The position numbers were made by a program, and so were the translations under genes. Source: Opitutia bacterium (GTDB lineage Bacteria > Verrucomicrobiota > Verrucomicrobiia > Opitutales > T3Sed10-336). From it: a stretch of DNA of 64,000 nucleotides. The notes below the pieces were generated by a model. That model had not been told where the DNA came from, ran no database searches, and saw nothing but the letters and a program-made list of their open reading frames with translations. The DNA lies in contig JBJHCF010000026.1 of NCBI GenBank assembly GCA_050506795.1, positions 1-64,000 on the forward strand. The letters are read 5' to 3'. Shown one piece after another: positions 18,711 through 29,200 of this stretch (position 1 is its first letter; each line of letters opens with the position of its first letter).

Positions 18711-19256
18711 ATGATGAAGAAGAAATGGATATTGATCTGTATCATTTGTGCGACGCCTAGTTTTACGTTGGCATTATTTGCCGGGTTCGATGGGCTTGCA
18801 AAGATTTCGGCGATGCTTCTGGGAATCGTGACATTCATTGTTGCGTTCTCCCATTTCGAAGGGTCTAACCTGAATTCCCGGCTGTCCAGCAACCGGGAGT
18901 TCTCGCGTGCAAAGAGTTTTGCGATTGGGGCGAAGCTTGCGACAGCGCTGATAGCTTTTGTCGGCTGTCTTGCTTTCGCCTTTCAAGTTGAGGTGTTGTC
19001 TTTTCTTGCTCTTATCGAAGTCTATCCGGGGCTTTTCTCCATTCAGATCGTTGAAAGCATCTGGAATGCTCTTGGTTTGGAATCACCGATCAAGGATCTT
19101 GATATGCGTGGTGAGATGGGTCTTGGGCAATGGTACTGGAATCAAGTGATCTTTACTTATCTGACTACTTTGGTTCAGGGAACAATTTTGTCCGTGGTCA
19201 TGATATTGTTTGGGATCCTTTCCTACCCCATATATGTTGCATTGGGAAAATGGTAA
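18711..19256 (+). CDS. Hypothetical multi-pass membrane protein
   Basis: Several hydrophobic segments; visibly AT-richer than its neighbours; 6 nt after DUF2200. Confidence 0.65.
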   Translation: MMKKKWILICIICATPSFTLALFAGFDGLAKISAMLLGIVTFIVAFSHFEGSNLNSRLSSNREFSRAKSFAIGAKLATALIAFVGCLAFAFQVEVLSFLALIEVYPGLFSIQIVESIWNALGLESPIKDLDMRGEMGLGQWYWNQVIFTYLTTLVQGTILSVVMILFGILSYPIYVALGKW

Positions 19257-19508
19257 GCAAGGCGCGCTTGAGTGAGGGCTGCCTGAATATGACTGATCGT
19301 TCTCCGTAACTCCAGCTCTCCCGGGGAGAACTGATTCACGTTTAGTCTTTGGGGGAGAAAAATGACCGGCTGATCGCTGAGGTATGAGCTATGCGAAGCC
19401 TGAAGGTATGGTAGGCGGACTAAAGCCTCCATTCCGCAGCAACGACGAGTTCCGCAATGGGCATTTCACATGTCCGCTGGGGTTGTTTTGTAACTTATTC
19501 TCTATAAA

Positions 19509-19585
19509 TGGCACACCCGATAGGAGTCGAACCTATAACCTCCTGATCCGTAGTCAGGTGCTCTATCCAATTGAGCTACGGGTGC
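19509..19585 (-). tRNA. tRNA-Arg(ACG)
   Basis: Reverse complement GCACCCGTAGCTCAATTGGATAGAGCACCTGACTACGGATCAGGAGGTTATAGGTTCGACTCCTATCGGGTGTGCCA; cloverleaf with encoded CCA. Confidence 0.97.
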
Positions 19586-19846
19586 CCGAAAAGATAAGTA
19601 TAGTGCGGGCGTGGGACCGGATTTCAAGTAAATGTTTGAAAATAATCGTAATTCTTTGAGTCCAAGCGGATTCAGGGACGATCCATGGTTGGGCGGCTTT
19701 GATGGGAAGCCCTTTTGACTGAGGCGGGTGATCATAGAGCGACCTGGATTTCGAATCTCTGGATCAGGATTTTTGAGGAACTATTAGCGATTTTTTCGCG
19801 TTAAAGTAATTTTTTTGTTGATTTTAAAAAGAATAAATCAATCACT

Positions 19847-19867
19847 TAATGCGAACCAATCGTAATA
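19847..19867. promoter_or_regulatory. Possible Fur/Zur-family box
   Basis: Imperfect 21-bp palindrome TAATGCGAACCAATCGTAATA 13 nt before a His-rich surface protein gene, in an AT-rich promoter. Confidence 0.3.
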
Positions 19868-19880
19868 AGCATTAACCAAT

Positions 19881-20693
19881 ATGAAAAAAATAAGTTACTT
19901 AAAAGCGGTGGCCTTGACGGGTGCCCTCGGTCTGGCTCCGGCCGGTGTGTCGGCGCAAAATATTGTGCATCATGCGGGAGGGGCGGACTTGACCTTCTTC
20001 TATGACAGCACAGCGGATTCCTTCGACGTGGTGTTCCGAAGCAAGGTCGGAACGGTGGCAGATGGACTGACCGACCCTTACGCGGGTCCTCCGGGAGGTG
20101 TTGGCGGTCCCGGCTCGGGGCAGCAGGATTGGAATTTCAGCAGTCTCACCGCGAGCTTGCCTCAGGCGCCTTGGGTGGAACTGAACGGAATCAATTACCT
20201 CGTGTCACCAGCTTCCGGCCAGGATTACAGCGACACGAGCAATGCGCCGGATTTGGGTTTGAGGACCAGGTTTCGCGAGACCGATGGAGAGAATACGGTC
20301 GATCAGTTCAGTTCTTTTACTATGACCCTGGACTGGGTGAATTCGACGGCTCCCTTGGGGGCTGATTTCGCCCTGTTTGCCTTCGACGAATTGGGGGCCC
20401 CTACCATCCGCTACGAAACTGCCACATTGGATCTTGTCGAAGATTGGTCTGTCTGGGGGCACGATCATTGGCATTGGGGATTCAGTGAGCCGGGTGAATA
20501 TTCGCTGGTGTTCAACTTCCAGGGCGAGTTGGCCGGTGGAGGATTGTCCAGCATCGGAACGACCACGGTCGATTTCACGGTGGTTCCGGAACCGAGTACG
20601 GTGGCCTTGATTCTGGGTCTTGGGGTTTTTGGGGTCGTTTCGTTTGTGCGACGCCGCTCACAACGGGAAAAGCGGAACCTGGGAACCGAATAA
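19881..20693 (+). CDS. PEP-CTERM protein with choice-of-anchor M / TIGR03769-like domain
   Basis: Signal peptide; HHAGGAD; GHDHWHWGFSEPGEYSLVF; C-terminal VPEPST-TM-RRR. Confidence 0.85.
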   Translation: MKKISYLKAVALTGALGLAPAGVSAQNIVHHAGGADLTFFYDSTADSFDVVFRSKVGTVADGLTDPYAGPPGGVGGPGSGQQDWNFSSLTASLPQAPWVELNGINYLVSPASGQDYSDTSNAPDLGLRTRFRETDGENTVDQFSSFTMTLDWVNSTAPLGADFALFAFDELGAPTIRYETATLDLVEDWSVWGHDHWHWGFSEPGEYSLVFNFQGELAGGGLSSIGTTTVDFTVVPEPSTVALILGLGVFGVVSFVRRRSQREKRNLGTE

Positions 20694-20715
20694 AGCCCAT
20701 TTTTGGAGGAATCAG

Positions 20716-20752
20716 AAAATGCCGGGGATTTAGTTATCCCCGGCATTTTTTT
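20716..20752 (+). terminator. Intrinsic terminator
   Basis: AAAATGCCGGGGAT...ATCCCCGGCA followed by a T-run. Confidence 0.85.
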
Positions 20753-20848
20753 GATTGAGAGTGACCTTGGCTTTCTGGAGTTGAAGTGGGGACGGGGTCC
20801 CGGGATGGTAATTCGCAAGCGGAATCCCAATCGGATCCCAGGTCAAAG

Positions 20849-20883
20849 AAAAAGCCCGGCACCTGAATGGTGCCGGGCTTTTT
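20849..20883. terminator. Bidirectional intrinsic terminator (serves the DUF4914-like gene)
   Basis: AAAAAGCCCGGCACC-TGAAT-GGTGCCGGGCTTTTT. Confidence 0.85.
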
Positions 20884-20908
20884 GCTTGGATCGAATTCCT
20901 TGAGAACG

Positions 20909-22789
20909 TTAACGTGCTATGAATTTCTCGTAGTCATCGACATTGCCGTTGTTGAGGCAGCATTCGATGATCTCTTTGCCGATCGGATTCAGGTCCTTTT
21001 CATCGATGAAGTCCGCCAGGCACTTGCCGAAGAATTCGGTCAGTTGCGCGGCGCCGACATCGTAGGCTTCCTTGCCGACCTCCGGTTGGGTGTCGACCTG
21101 GAGGAACCAGCGTGGAATCATGTGACCTTCCACTTGAAGCTGGTACAGTGCGTAGCCGAGAAGCGGACAGCGAGCCGGTTTGATTTGATCCTCCTTGAAC
21201 GCTCTGCCACCCCGGCGGGTCAGGTACTCGCGGGCGATCCACTGCGGCATGAAACCGGTTTCCCAGGCGCCGACATGTTGATTCGGCGTCAGAATGTACT
21301 GCGTCCGGGTGTGCTTCAGGAACTGATCAAGCAGGAGATTGGCCTGATCGACCCGGCGTCCGGTGGCGAACGGCCAGTATGAGCCGACGCCCTCACTGCT
21401 CATTCCCTCGGTGTCCACAATGCTCGGATTGGCGTGGCCGCGCGGGGCCACCAGGCGCCAAAGCCAGGCGAGCGCCGGAGGCAGAATATGGAAAAGGCCC
21501 ACGATTCCGTAGGTGGGCTTTTCCTGGGTGCAGGGTGGGGTGCGGATGCCGATGCTACGGATGTCGATTTTTACGCGGTCTTCGACAATTCCGGGAACGA
21601 CTTCCCGGGGAATGATCACCCGCGGGTTCGGACAGGGGGATCCGGGCTTATCCTCGATATGCTCCCAAATCAACGCGCGCCCGTTGGGAACCGCGTCAAT
21701 GTTGAGGAACAGGAGCGGCTTGGAGGGATGGGCGGTGAGCTTTTCCAGGTTGAGGTCTTTGCCGTAATCGTCGATGTGATTGACGCGCACAAACCAAGCG
21801 TCTTCAGCGTCGGTAAGCCACATCTTCCCGTTCTCCTCCTGGAGGGAGGGATGGCAGAGCGCCATGTCGTCGGTGACGGGGTATAGCGCACAGGAGCGTG
21901 GAAGCTCGACGTGACGGACTTCACCCGTGACCACATTTTTGCCCAGGAGGAAGCGCCCGTCCGGCTCGCGATGGGCTTGTTCGAGCATCTCGCTCTTCCC
22001 GCCGCCGCTGGCGCCCTCGTGCATGATGGTGACTTCATTGTCGTAGGGAGTCACCGCACGGACGGTGGAGCAGTGGGCGGTTACCCATCCTTCTTTTTCT
22101 CCCAGACCGAGGAGGACTCCGTAAATGCCCTTTTTGGCGCTCGGTCCCGGATACAGGTTGTAGGAGAACAACTCGTGCAGGTCATCGCGCCGGTTGTGCA
22201 CAACGATCTGGCGGCCGTCAAAGTGGGTGTGCCGGAAAGGCGGTGCCACGTAAATAATCGATTTCGGTTTGAAATCCTTCGGCAGGTCCTTCAACGGAAC
22301 AATTCCCTGGAGCAGCGCGAGGCCGAGGGCAAAAAAGCCTGCGTTTGCGGGAGCGATGACCATGGAATCCATCCCCATTTTCCGCCGACCGGAAACAAAC
22401 CCGAAGAGCGCGACATCCTGCTTCTCGAGCCACTGGAAGGTTTCCTCCCTGACCTCCTCGAAGTCCTTCCCGAAGCGCTCTTCGTAGGTTGATTTGTTGG
22501 TCGGTTGCTTGTCGCCAATCACCATGCAGTCAGGATCCCGCCGACGCATGTACGGCTCCACGTAATTGGCGGCGACACCGTTGCGGACGCGGGCGGCCGT
22601 AGCCTCCAGCACACGCCCCTTTCCGGGGACGTCGTAGGCGATCTCGGTAAAGGACGAGTCCGCACCACCACAGGCAGCATCAATCAATTGTTCGACCGAT
22701 TCAAAGACCGTCACCGAAGGTGCATTCTGCAGGACCCTGCAGGCCTCTTCGGGCGGATTGAACTGTTTCCAGGAATCTGTTTTAGCCAT
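20909..22789 (-). CDS. DUF4914-like protein (PEP carboxykinase-like P-loop fold)
   Basis: YMRRRDPDCMVI, NLYPGPSAKKG, HCS, P-loop HEGASGGGKSE, TDD, CPNPR. Confidence 0.8.
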   Translation of the reverse strand: MAKTDSWKQFNPPEEACRVLQNAPSVTVFESVEQLIDAACGGADSSFTEIAYDVPGKGRVLEATAARVRNGVAANYVEPYMRRRDPDCMVIGDKQPTNKSTYEERFGKDFEEVREETFQWLEKQDVALFGFVSGRRKMGMDSMVIAPANAGFFALGLALLQGIVPLKDLPKDFKPKSIIYVAPPFRHTHFDGRQIVVHNRRDDLHELFSYNLYPGPSAKKGIYGVLLGLGEKEGWVTAHCSTVRAVTPYDNEVTIMHEGASGGGKSEMLEQAHREPDGRFLLGKNVVTGEVRHVELPRSCALYPVTDDMALCHPSLQEENGKMWLTDAEDAWFVRVNHIDDYGKDLNLEKLTAHPSKPLLFLNIDAVPNGRALIWEHIEDKPGSPCPNPRVIIPREVVPGIVEDRVKIDIRSIGIRTPPCTQEKPTYGIVGLFHILPPALAWLWRLVAPRGHANPSIVDTEGMSSEGVGSYWPFATGRRVDQANLLLDQFLKHTRTQYILTPNQHVGAWETGFMPQWIAREYLTRRGGRAFKEDQIKPARCPLLGYALYQLQVEGHMIPRWFLQVDTQPEVGKEAYDVGAAQLTEFFGKCLADFIDEKDLNPIGKEIIECCLNNGNVDDYEKFIAR

Positions 22790-22880
22790 GCCGCCGAGGA
22801 TAGATAAGCTGATTTCTCCTTGGCAAATCGGAAATTCACGAAGGAGACGAATTTTGAGGGTTTTAGGAATTGTTCGAATT

Positions 22881-22922
22881 AAAAAAAAGTGGGCGAGCCG
22901 CCTACCCCTAAACGGCCCGCCC
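22881..22922 (-). terminator. Intrinsic terminator upstream of the DUF4914-like gene
   Basis: Minus-strand stem GGGCGGGCCGTTT/AGGCGGCTCGCCC (G-U pairs work only on this strand) followed by U8. Confidence 0.75.
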
Positions 22923-23228
22923 TTTGCTTTCTTAGTTACCCCAAACCTCCGCTGAGCGGAGGAAATCTTTTAACAAGCAGCACTTGAACTTATATCTCAC
23001 TAAAGCCGTTTTTTTTCGATTTTCAAGATGAAAAGAGCATTGAGGGGATATTTTAATCTTTTTTTACAGAACGGGGGTTTTAATGCGCGATTCGGTCGGA
23101 TGACACGGTGGTTTCCATTCAGTTATTTCCGCTTGAAATAGCGATGCTTGACGGCGATTGTGTGCAGGCGGGCGCACATTGTTTCCTTGATCGGCGCGGC
23201 GCGCAGACAGCATTCATCTCAAATAATC

Positions 23229-26200
23229 ATGGTCAGTTTTCCCTCCCCTTGGACAGGTTCTGCGGCTTCGGATTGGTATTGGCGTGTGTTTTCGGTTGGT
23301 CTTTCCGCTTTCCTCCTTTTGGCGGGCGTGGTTCGCGGGCAGGACATTCGCATCAACGAGGTCATGGCCTCGAACGGCGACACGATCGCCGACGAAGATG
23401 GCGATTACGAGGATTGGATTGAGTTGCACAATGCCGGCCAACTGCCAGTGGATCTCGAAGGTTGGGGCCTGTCCGACGATTACGACGATCCGTTTCGCTG
23501 GAGCTTTCCCGCCGTCGTTCTCGGTCCCGGAGAGTTCCTTCTCGTCTGGGCATCGGGGAAGGACCGCAGGAATCCCGGCGCGCCTCTCCACACGAACTAC
23601 AGTATCAGTGCCTCCGGGGAAGAGGTGATTCTGACACATCCCGACGGGGTGCGGGTGGACGAGTTGCCTCCGACGCCGATTCCCGGGGACATATCCATAG
23701 GGCGCCTGTCCGGCGAGGGAACGGCATGGTTTTTCTTCGACGAACCCACCCCGGGGGCGGCCAACACGACGCCCGGCTACACCGAGATTCTCGACCCGCC
23801 GGAATTCTCGCACGAAGGAGGGTTTTATTCGTCCTCGTTCCAGCTTTCGTTGGACGCTCCTGAGGGCACGACGATTCTCTACACGCTCGACGGGACGGAG
23901 CCGGATTTGGAAAGCGTCGGCGGAACCACGTACCAGTACAAGAATTCCTATCCCTCAGGACCGCTACTGGATCGGACTCTGGAAACCCACATTTACGAAA
24001 TCCCGATTTCAATTCAAAACCGCAGCGGGTATTCCAATCCAATTTCCGGCATCAACACCCGCTTCACCAGCAGCCCTCACAGTCCGCCGGGCTCGGTTTT
24101 TTCCGGAACTCCGGTGAGGGCGCGGGCGGTACGGGACGGAGCGCTTCCGAGCCGCGTGGCGACCCACACCTATTTCGTCGATTCGAACGCCGCGACGCGG
24201 TACGATGATATCATGGTCCTGTCGATCGTGACCGACGAGCGCAACCTCTTCGATTATTACACTGGAATCTTCGTGGAGGGCGTCTGGGGGGACGCGTGGC
24301 CGGGAAGTTCCGGTGACGGCTGGAAGACGGCCAATTATCAGGGCCGAGGCATCGATTGGGAACGGTCCGGTCATCTGGAGGTTTTCGAACCGCAGGAGGG
24401 ACGGGCGCTCGCCCAGGGGATCGGAATTCGCACGCACGGTGGTTGGTCGCGCATGTTTTCTCCCCGGAAATCCATACGTCTCTACGCCCGGGGGATATAC
24501 GACGAAGCCAACACATTCGAGCATCAATTCTTTCCGGGTTTGACCCGGCGGGGCGAGGGGGGCGGGCCGTTGGAGAGCTTTCGCAGATTGATGGTACGGA
24601 ACAGCGGAAACGATTGGAACGGAACGTTGATTCAGGATGCCGTGCAGCACCATCTCGTCCGGGATCTGCCTTTGGACAATATGGGTTATACGCGGTCGGT
24701 CGTGCATTTTATCAACGGAGAATTCTGGGGCATTATGCAACTTCGGGAGCGAATGGATCAGCATTATATCGCCAGTCATTACGGAATGGACCCGGAAGAG
24801 ATCGTCATGATCGACGTTCGGCCGGTGGTGGATCCGGGGTACTTGACGATGACCGACGGACCCTTTTACGCCGGCTTGCCCATGCCGAATATCATGATCA
24901 AGCGGGGAACCTTGGATGATCGTGACACCTACCTTGCCTTGCACAACTTTGCAGTGCAGGCGGATCTGTCGGATCCGGCGAACTTTGCCGTCATAGAGGC
25001 CCAAGTGGACCTCGAAAATCTTGCGACCTATTTTGCCATCAATGTTTATGCGGGAAATCACGATTGGCCCCAGAACAATGTGGATTCTTGGCGAAAGCGC
25101 ACCGATCAATTCGAACCCGACGCTCCCTACGGTCACGATGGGCGTTGGCGATGGATGCTCTTCGACCTCGACTTCGGATTCGAGGGCTCGGTCAGCCGGA
25201 ATTCTCTGGCAAGGGTGGTTAACAATTCCAATGTTTCCCCCTTTGGAATCCCGCCGTCATGGTCGACAGCTCTTTTTCAGAACATGCTCGCCAACGAGGG
25301 CTTTCGAAATCTTTTCATAAATCGGCTGGGCGATATGGCGACAATTTTCCATCCGGAAAGGGTGGATCGCGCCGTGGACGAATTCAACGCCCGCATCAGT
25401 GGTTACCGCAGCGAGCATTGGGCCCGCTGGGGCAGCGGAACCAATCAGGGGCAATTCATCAAGGATTTCGGGTGGGAGCGAGGCTCTCATGTTCGCAATC
25501 ATGTGCTGAGCGTTTTCGGTTTGCCGGGGACGGCGAATTTGACCGTCGGCAACGCGCTCCCCGCGGGGGGGAGAATCCGGGTCAACAGCCTGGAGATCGG
25601 ACCTGACACCCCGCGCGTCGAACCGCTTCCCGTCGCCACGGTTTTCGCGGTCGAGAGGGAAAGCGATTGGCGTTTTCTGGACGATGGTTCCGATCCCGGC
25701 CTCTCGTGGAGCGAATCCCAATTCGACGATATTGCCTGGTCCGTCGGGTCCGCGCCTTTCGGCTATGGAGACTCGGTGGATTTTGCGACGGAAATCGGTG
25801 CCGGCTTTGGCCCGGACGACAAACCGATCACCACTTATTTTCGGCGGGAGTTCGATTGGGATTCCAGCGAAGCGCCGGATTCCCTGGATTTGTTCACGAC
25901 TTTCGACGGTGGAGCCGTGTTCTACCTAAACGGAAATGAAATCAACCGTCAACGCATGCCCGAAGGACCGATCGACTCGAGTACGCCGGCCGAAGGGCGC
26001 CTGGCGGCAGCGGCTCTTGAAGGCTTGACCGCCTGGTATGACGCCGGCGCGGAGATGGAGACGAGATCGAGGAGAGGCGAACGTTTTGTGACGTTATGGA
26101 GCGACCTTTCGGGCAATGGCCGTCATGCCGCCCAGGATACGCAAATCGCGCAGCCGTCATTCATCGAGGACGGATTTGAAGGCAAACCGGTGGTTCGTTT

Positions 26201-29200
26201 CGACGGTGAACATCATTTTCTGCAGGCGTCGATTCCAGACATGCGCGCCGGCATGACCCTTTTCGCGGTGGCTCGAGTGTATGCCGAGGGGGACTCCTTC
26301 GGGAGCTACTTCGGACTGAGCGGGGCAGGGTCGGGCAATGTGCGATATCACGTCGGCAGCGGCGGCGGGAGCGGGCTGGGCATCGCGCAGCCGGGTCAGA
26401 ACCTTGGGCAGAGCACCCAGGCTTCCGCGCGCTTCGAAGTGATCCGTATCGAAGCGCACGACGATTACACCCATACCGTCACGCGGCTCTCTTCCGGACA
26501 ATCCGTTTCGGCCCAGCTCACGCAAACCGGCGGATTTGTCGATACGTTGCTCCTCGGCGCGGCGGGAAGCGCTGATAATACGCCGACCGGGCGTCTTCCA
26601 ATGGAACTGGCGGAACTGCTCCTTTTTGATCGGGAACTCAGTGGAGAGGCCTCTTTTCAGGTCGTTGAATATCTGTCGGCGAAATACGGGATTGCAGTGG
26701 CCCCGATTTTTTCCGTCGGGTTCGAAGATATGAGTCTCTGGCTGACCGCGGACGGACCGATGAGTACCCGCTCGCCGTTTTTCTCCAGCAACATATTCGT
26801 CACCTCCTGGCACGATCGTTCGGGAAACGGCCGCAATGCCGTCCAATCGCAAAACAGCCGGCAACCGCTCCTTGTTCAGAACGCGATCAACGGCCGGCCG
26901 GCGCTTCGGTTTGACGGGAACGATGATTTTCTGCAGGCCCCGATCGAGGATCATCGCGACGCGATGACGTTCTATATGGTTGCGCGTTTGCACAACAGTA
27001 CGGGTGCTCTCGGAAGTTACGCGGGTCTTAACGGCGCGGGAACCGGAAATGTGCACTACCATACGGGGACTCTCGATGGTCGCGGGCAGGGGCTCGGAAT
27101 TGGAATCGGTCAGCCGGAGGTCAATCTGGCTCAGGATATCAGGGTATCGACGGAATATGATCTCTTTCGTATCGAGGCCGGGGCCGGGGCGCTGCACCGG
27201 ATCACCCGCGTGAACGGTGGAGCGACCGTGGCTGCCGCTCTGCTTGATACGAGCGGGGTGATCGACAGTCTAACGATCGCCGCTTCCCGCGGCAGCGATG
27301 GGTCCATCGGCGCGTACGGGGCCCTGGAAGTGGCTGAGGTCCTGATTTTCGAACGGCAACTGGAAGGAAGGGAACGCCATGAAGTCGAAAGGTATTTGAG
27401 TCTTAAATACGGATTCGAACCTCCGGTTTGGTACCGGTATTCGATCGATCCGGAACAACTCATTCCGGGCACGAATGTGCTGGCGGCTGAGATCCATCAA
27501 GAGTCGTCATCTTGGGATGATTTCCGTTTTGATGCGGAATTGAGGGCAACTCTCAGTGAGAGCTCGGTTCGTTGGAGCGGAATCTACTTCCTTGGTGTGC
27601 CGGTTGAACTCGAAGCCATTGCGGATCCGGGATACCGCTTTGTCGGTTGGACCGGGATTGATTCTACTGAGCCTGTGCTCTCGCTGGATCTGACCTCTTC
27701 AGGCGTGACGATCACGCCGCAATTCGAGTTCGATGAAGGGTCCCTCGAGGACGCCGTGCCGCCGCCGCATCCGCTCGTGTCCGGCGCCTATCATTTTACC
27801 GGGTGGGATCCGGATTCGCCCGCGGGCACTTACCCGGAGAAGATGATCTTCGAGCAGACCCTCCAGGGGGATCCCGCGCTAGGGGTCGAAATGGACGGGT
27901 TTTGGGTGTTGCCTTACGATCTGGAAAGCCGGAGCCGGATCAATGGCCTTGGTGAAAACGGATTTGCCTTCATCAACACTGCAAACGCGCAGGATCACCC
28001 GGACGCCGGTTATCTCGGAAGCGCGATTCTGGCCCTGGATACGCGCGGGGTGGACAATATCCAGGTCACTTGGACCGCTGGCACCGTTCTTCCGAACGAA
28101 CGAGTTTACGGTCTTCGCGCGCAATACCGCGTCGGTGACGACGGGCCGTTCATCGACCTGCAGGACGACGAGGGCGCGCCCGTCGAATACATTCGTAACG
28201 CGTCCGCCGGACACAGCGAGATCATCGGTCCGCTCCAGCTGCCCTCCCAACTGGAAGACCTTCCCTACGTGCAAATCCGGTGGAAATATCACCACATTTC
28301 AGGGGACTCCGGACCGCGCGCCCAGTTGAGGATCGGAGACATCCTTGTGACCAGCGGAACGGCAGGGGAGGCGGTGTCGCTCGAGTTCACTCAGGCCTTC
28401 AGCGTGTCCCGACAAAGCGGCGGGCCGTTTCCCACTGTTCTGGTGCGGGCGCTGGACGAAAACGGGCTTCTGTCCGGGAGTTTTTCCGGAGAGATCACCC
28501 TGTCGGCGGAGGGCGCTGCCGAAATTGAGGGACAAACGACGGTTGCGGCTGCGAACGGTGTCGCCGAGTTCGACGGCCTGACTCTCAACGGCGCCGGCCT
28601 GGTTTCTCTGGAGGCGACCGCGCAGGGATTGGCGCCGGCGACCTCGGAAACCTTTCGGCTGGTAGGTTTGACGGAAGTTGTCATGCCACTTTGGATACAG
28701 GGAGAGCAGGATGCCGCCGGCGACAATTTGAATCGGGTGCCGTTCGTCTTCCGTTTGGCGCTGGAGGGGCTGCGTGAAAATGCGGTTTATCGGTTCGGGA
28801 ACCGGATCGTCGATGCGGAGGATCCGCCCGAGCAAAACGGCGCCGGAAACACCGTCTGGGTGACCGGTCCCGACAGCGATTGGATTCGCAACACCGATTC
28901 CCCGCGCTTCAGGGATTCGGACGCGGGCGGACGCCATCACACGTTCACTTCGGATGCCAGCGGAAGGTATGAAGGCTGGTTTGTGACCGAACCGAGTGGA
29001 AACGCGCGGTTTACTCCCGGAAACACCGTTTGGGTCCGGCTGTTGTTAAACGACGGGGATGACGGCGAAGAGACGTTTCACACGCTCACCGCTGAGTCGC
29101 CGGTCACTGTGATCGGCTGGGGCGACGACTCCGGTGAAGCCACGGCCGTCACTGGCAGCGCCGCGTCCGCTCCCCGGAGTTTCGTGCTTTTGTTCGATGA

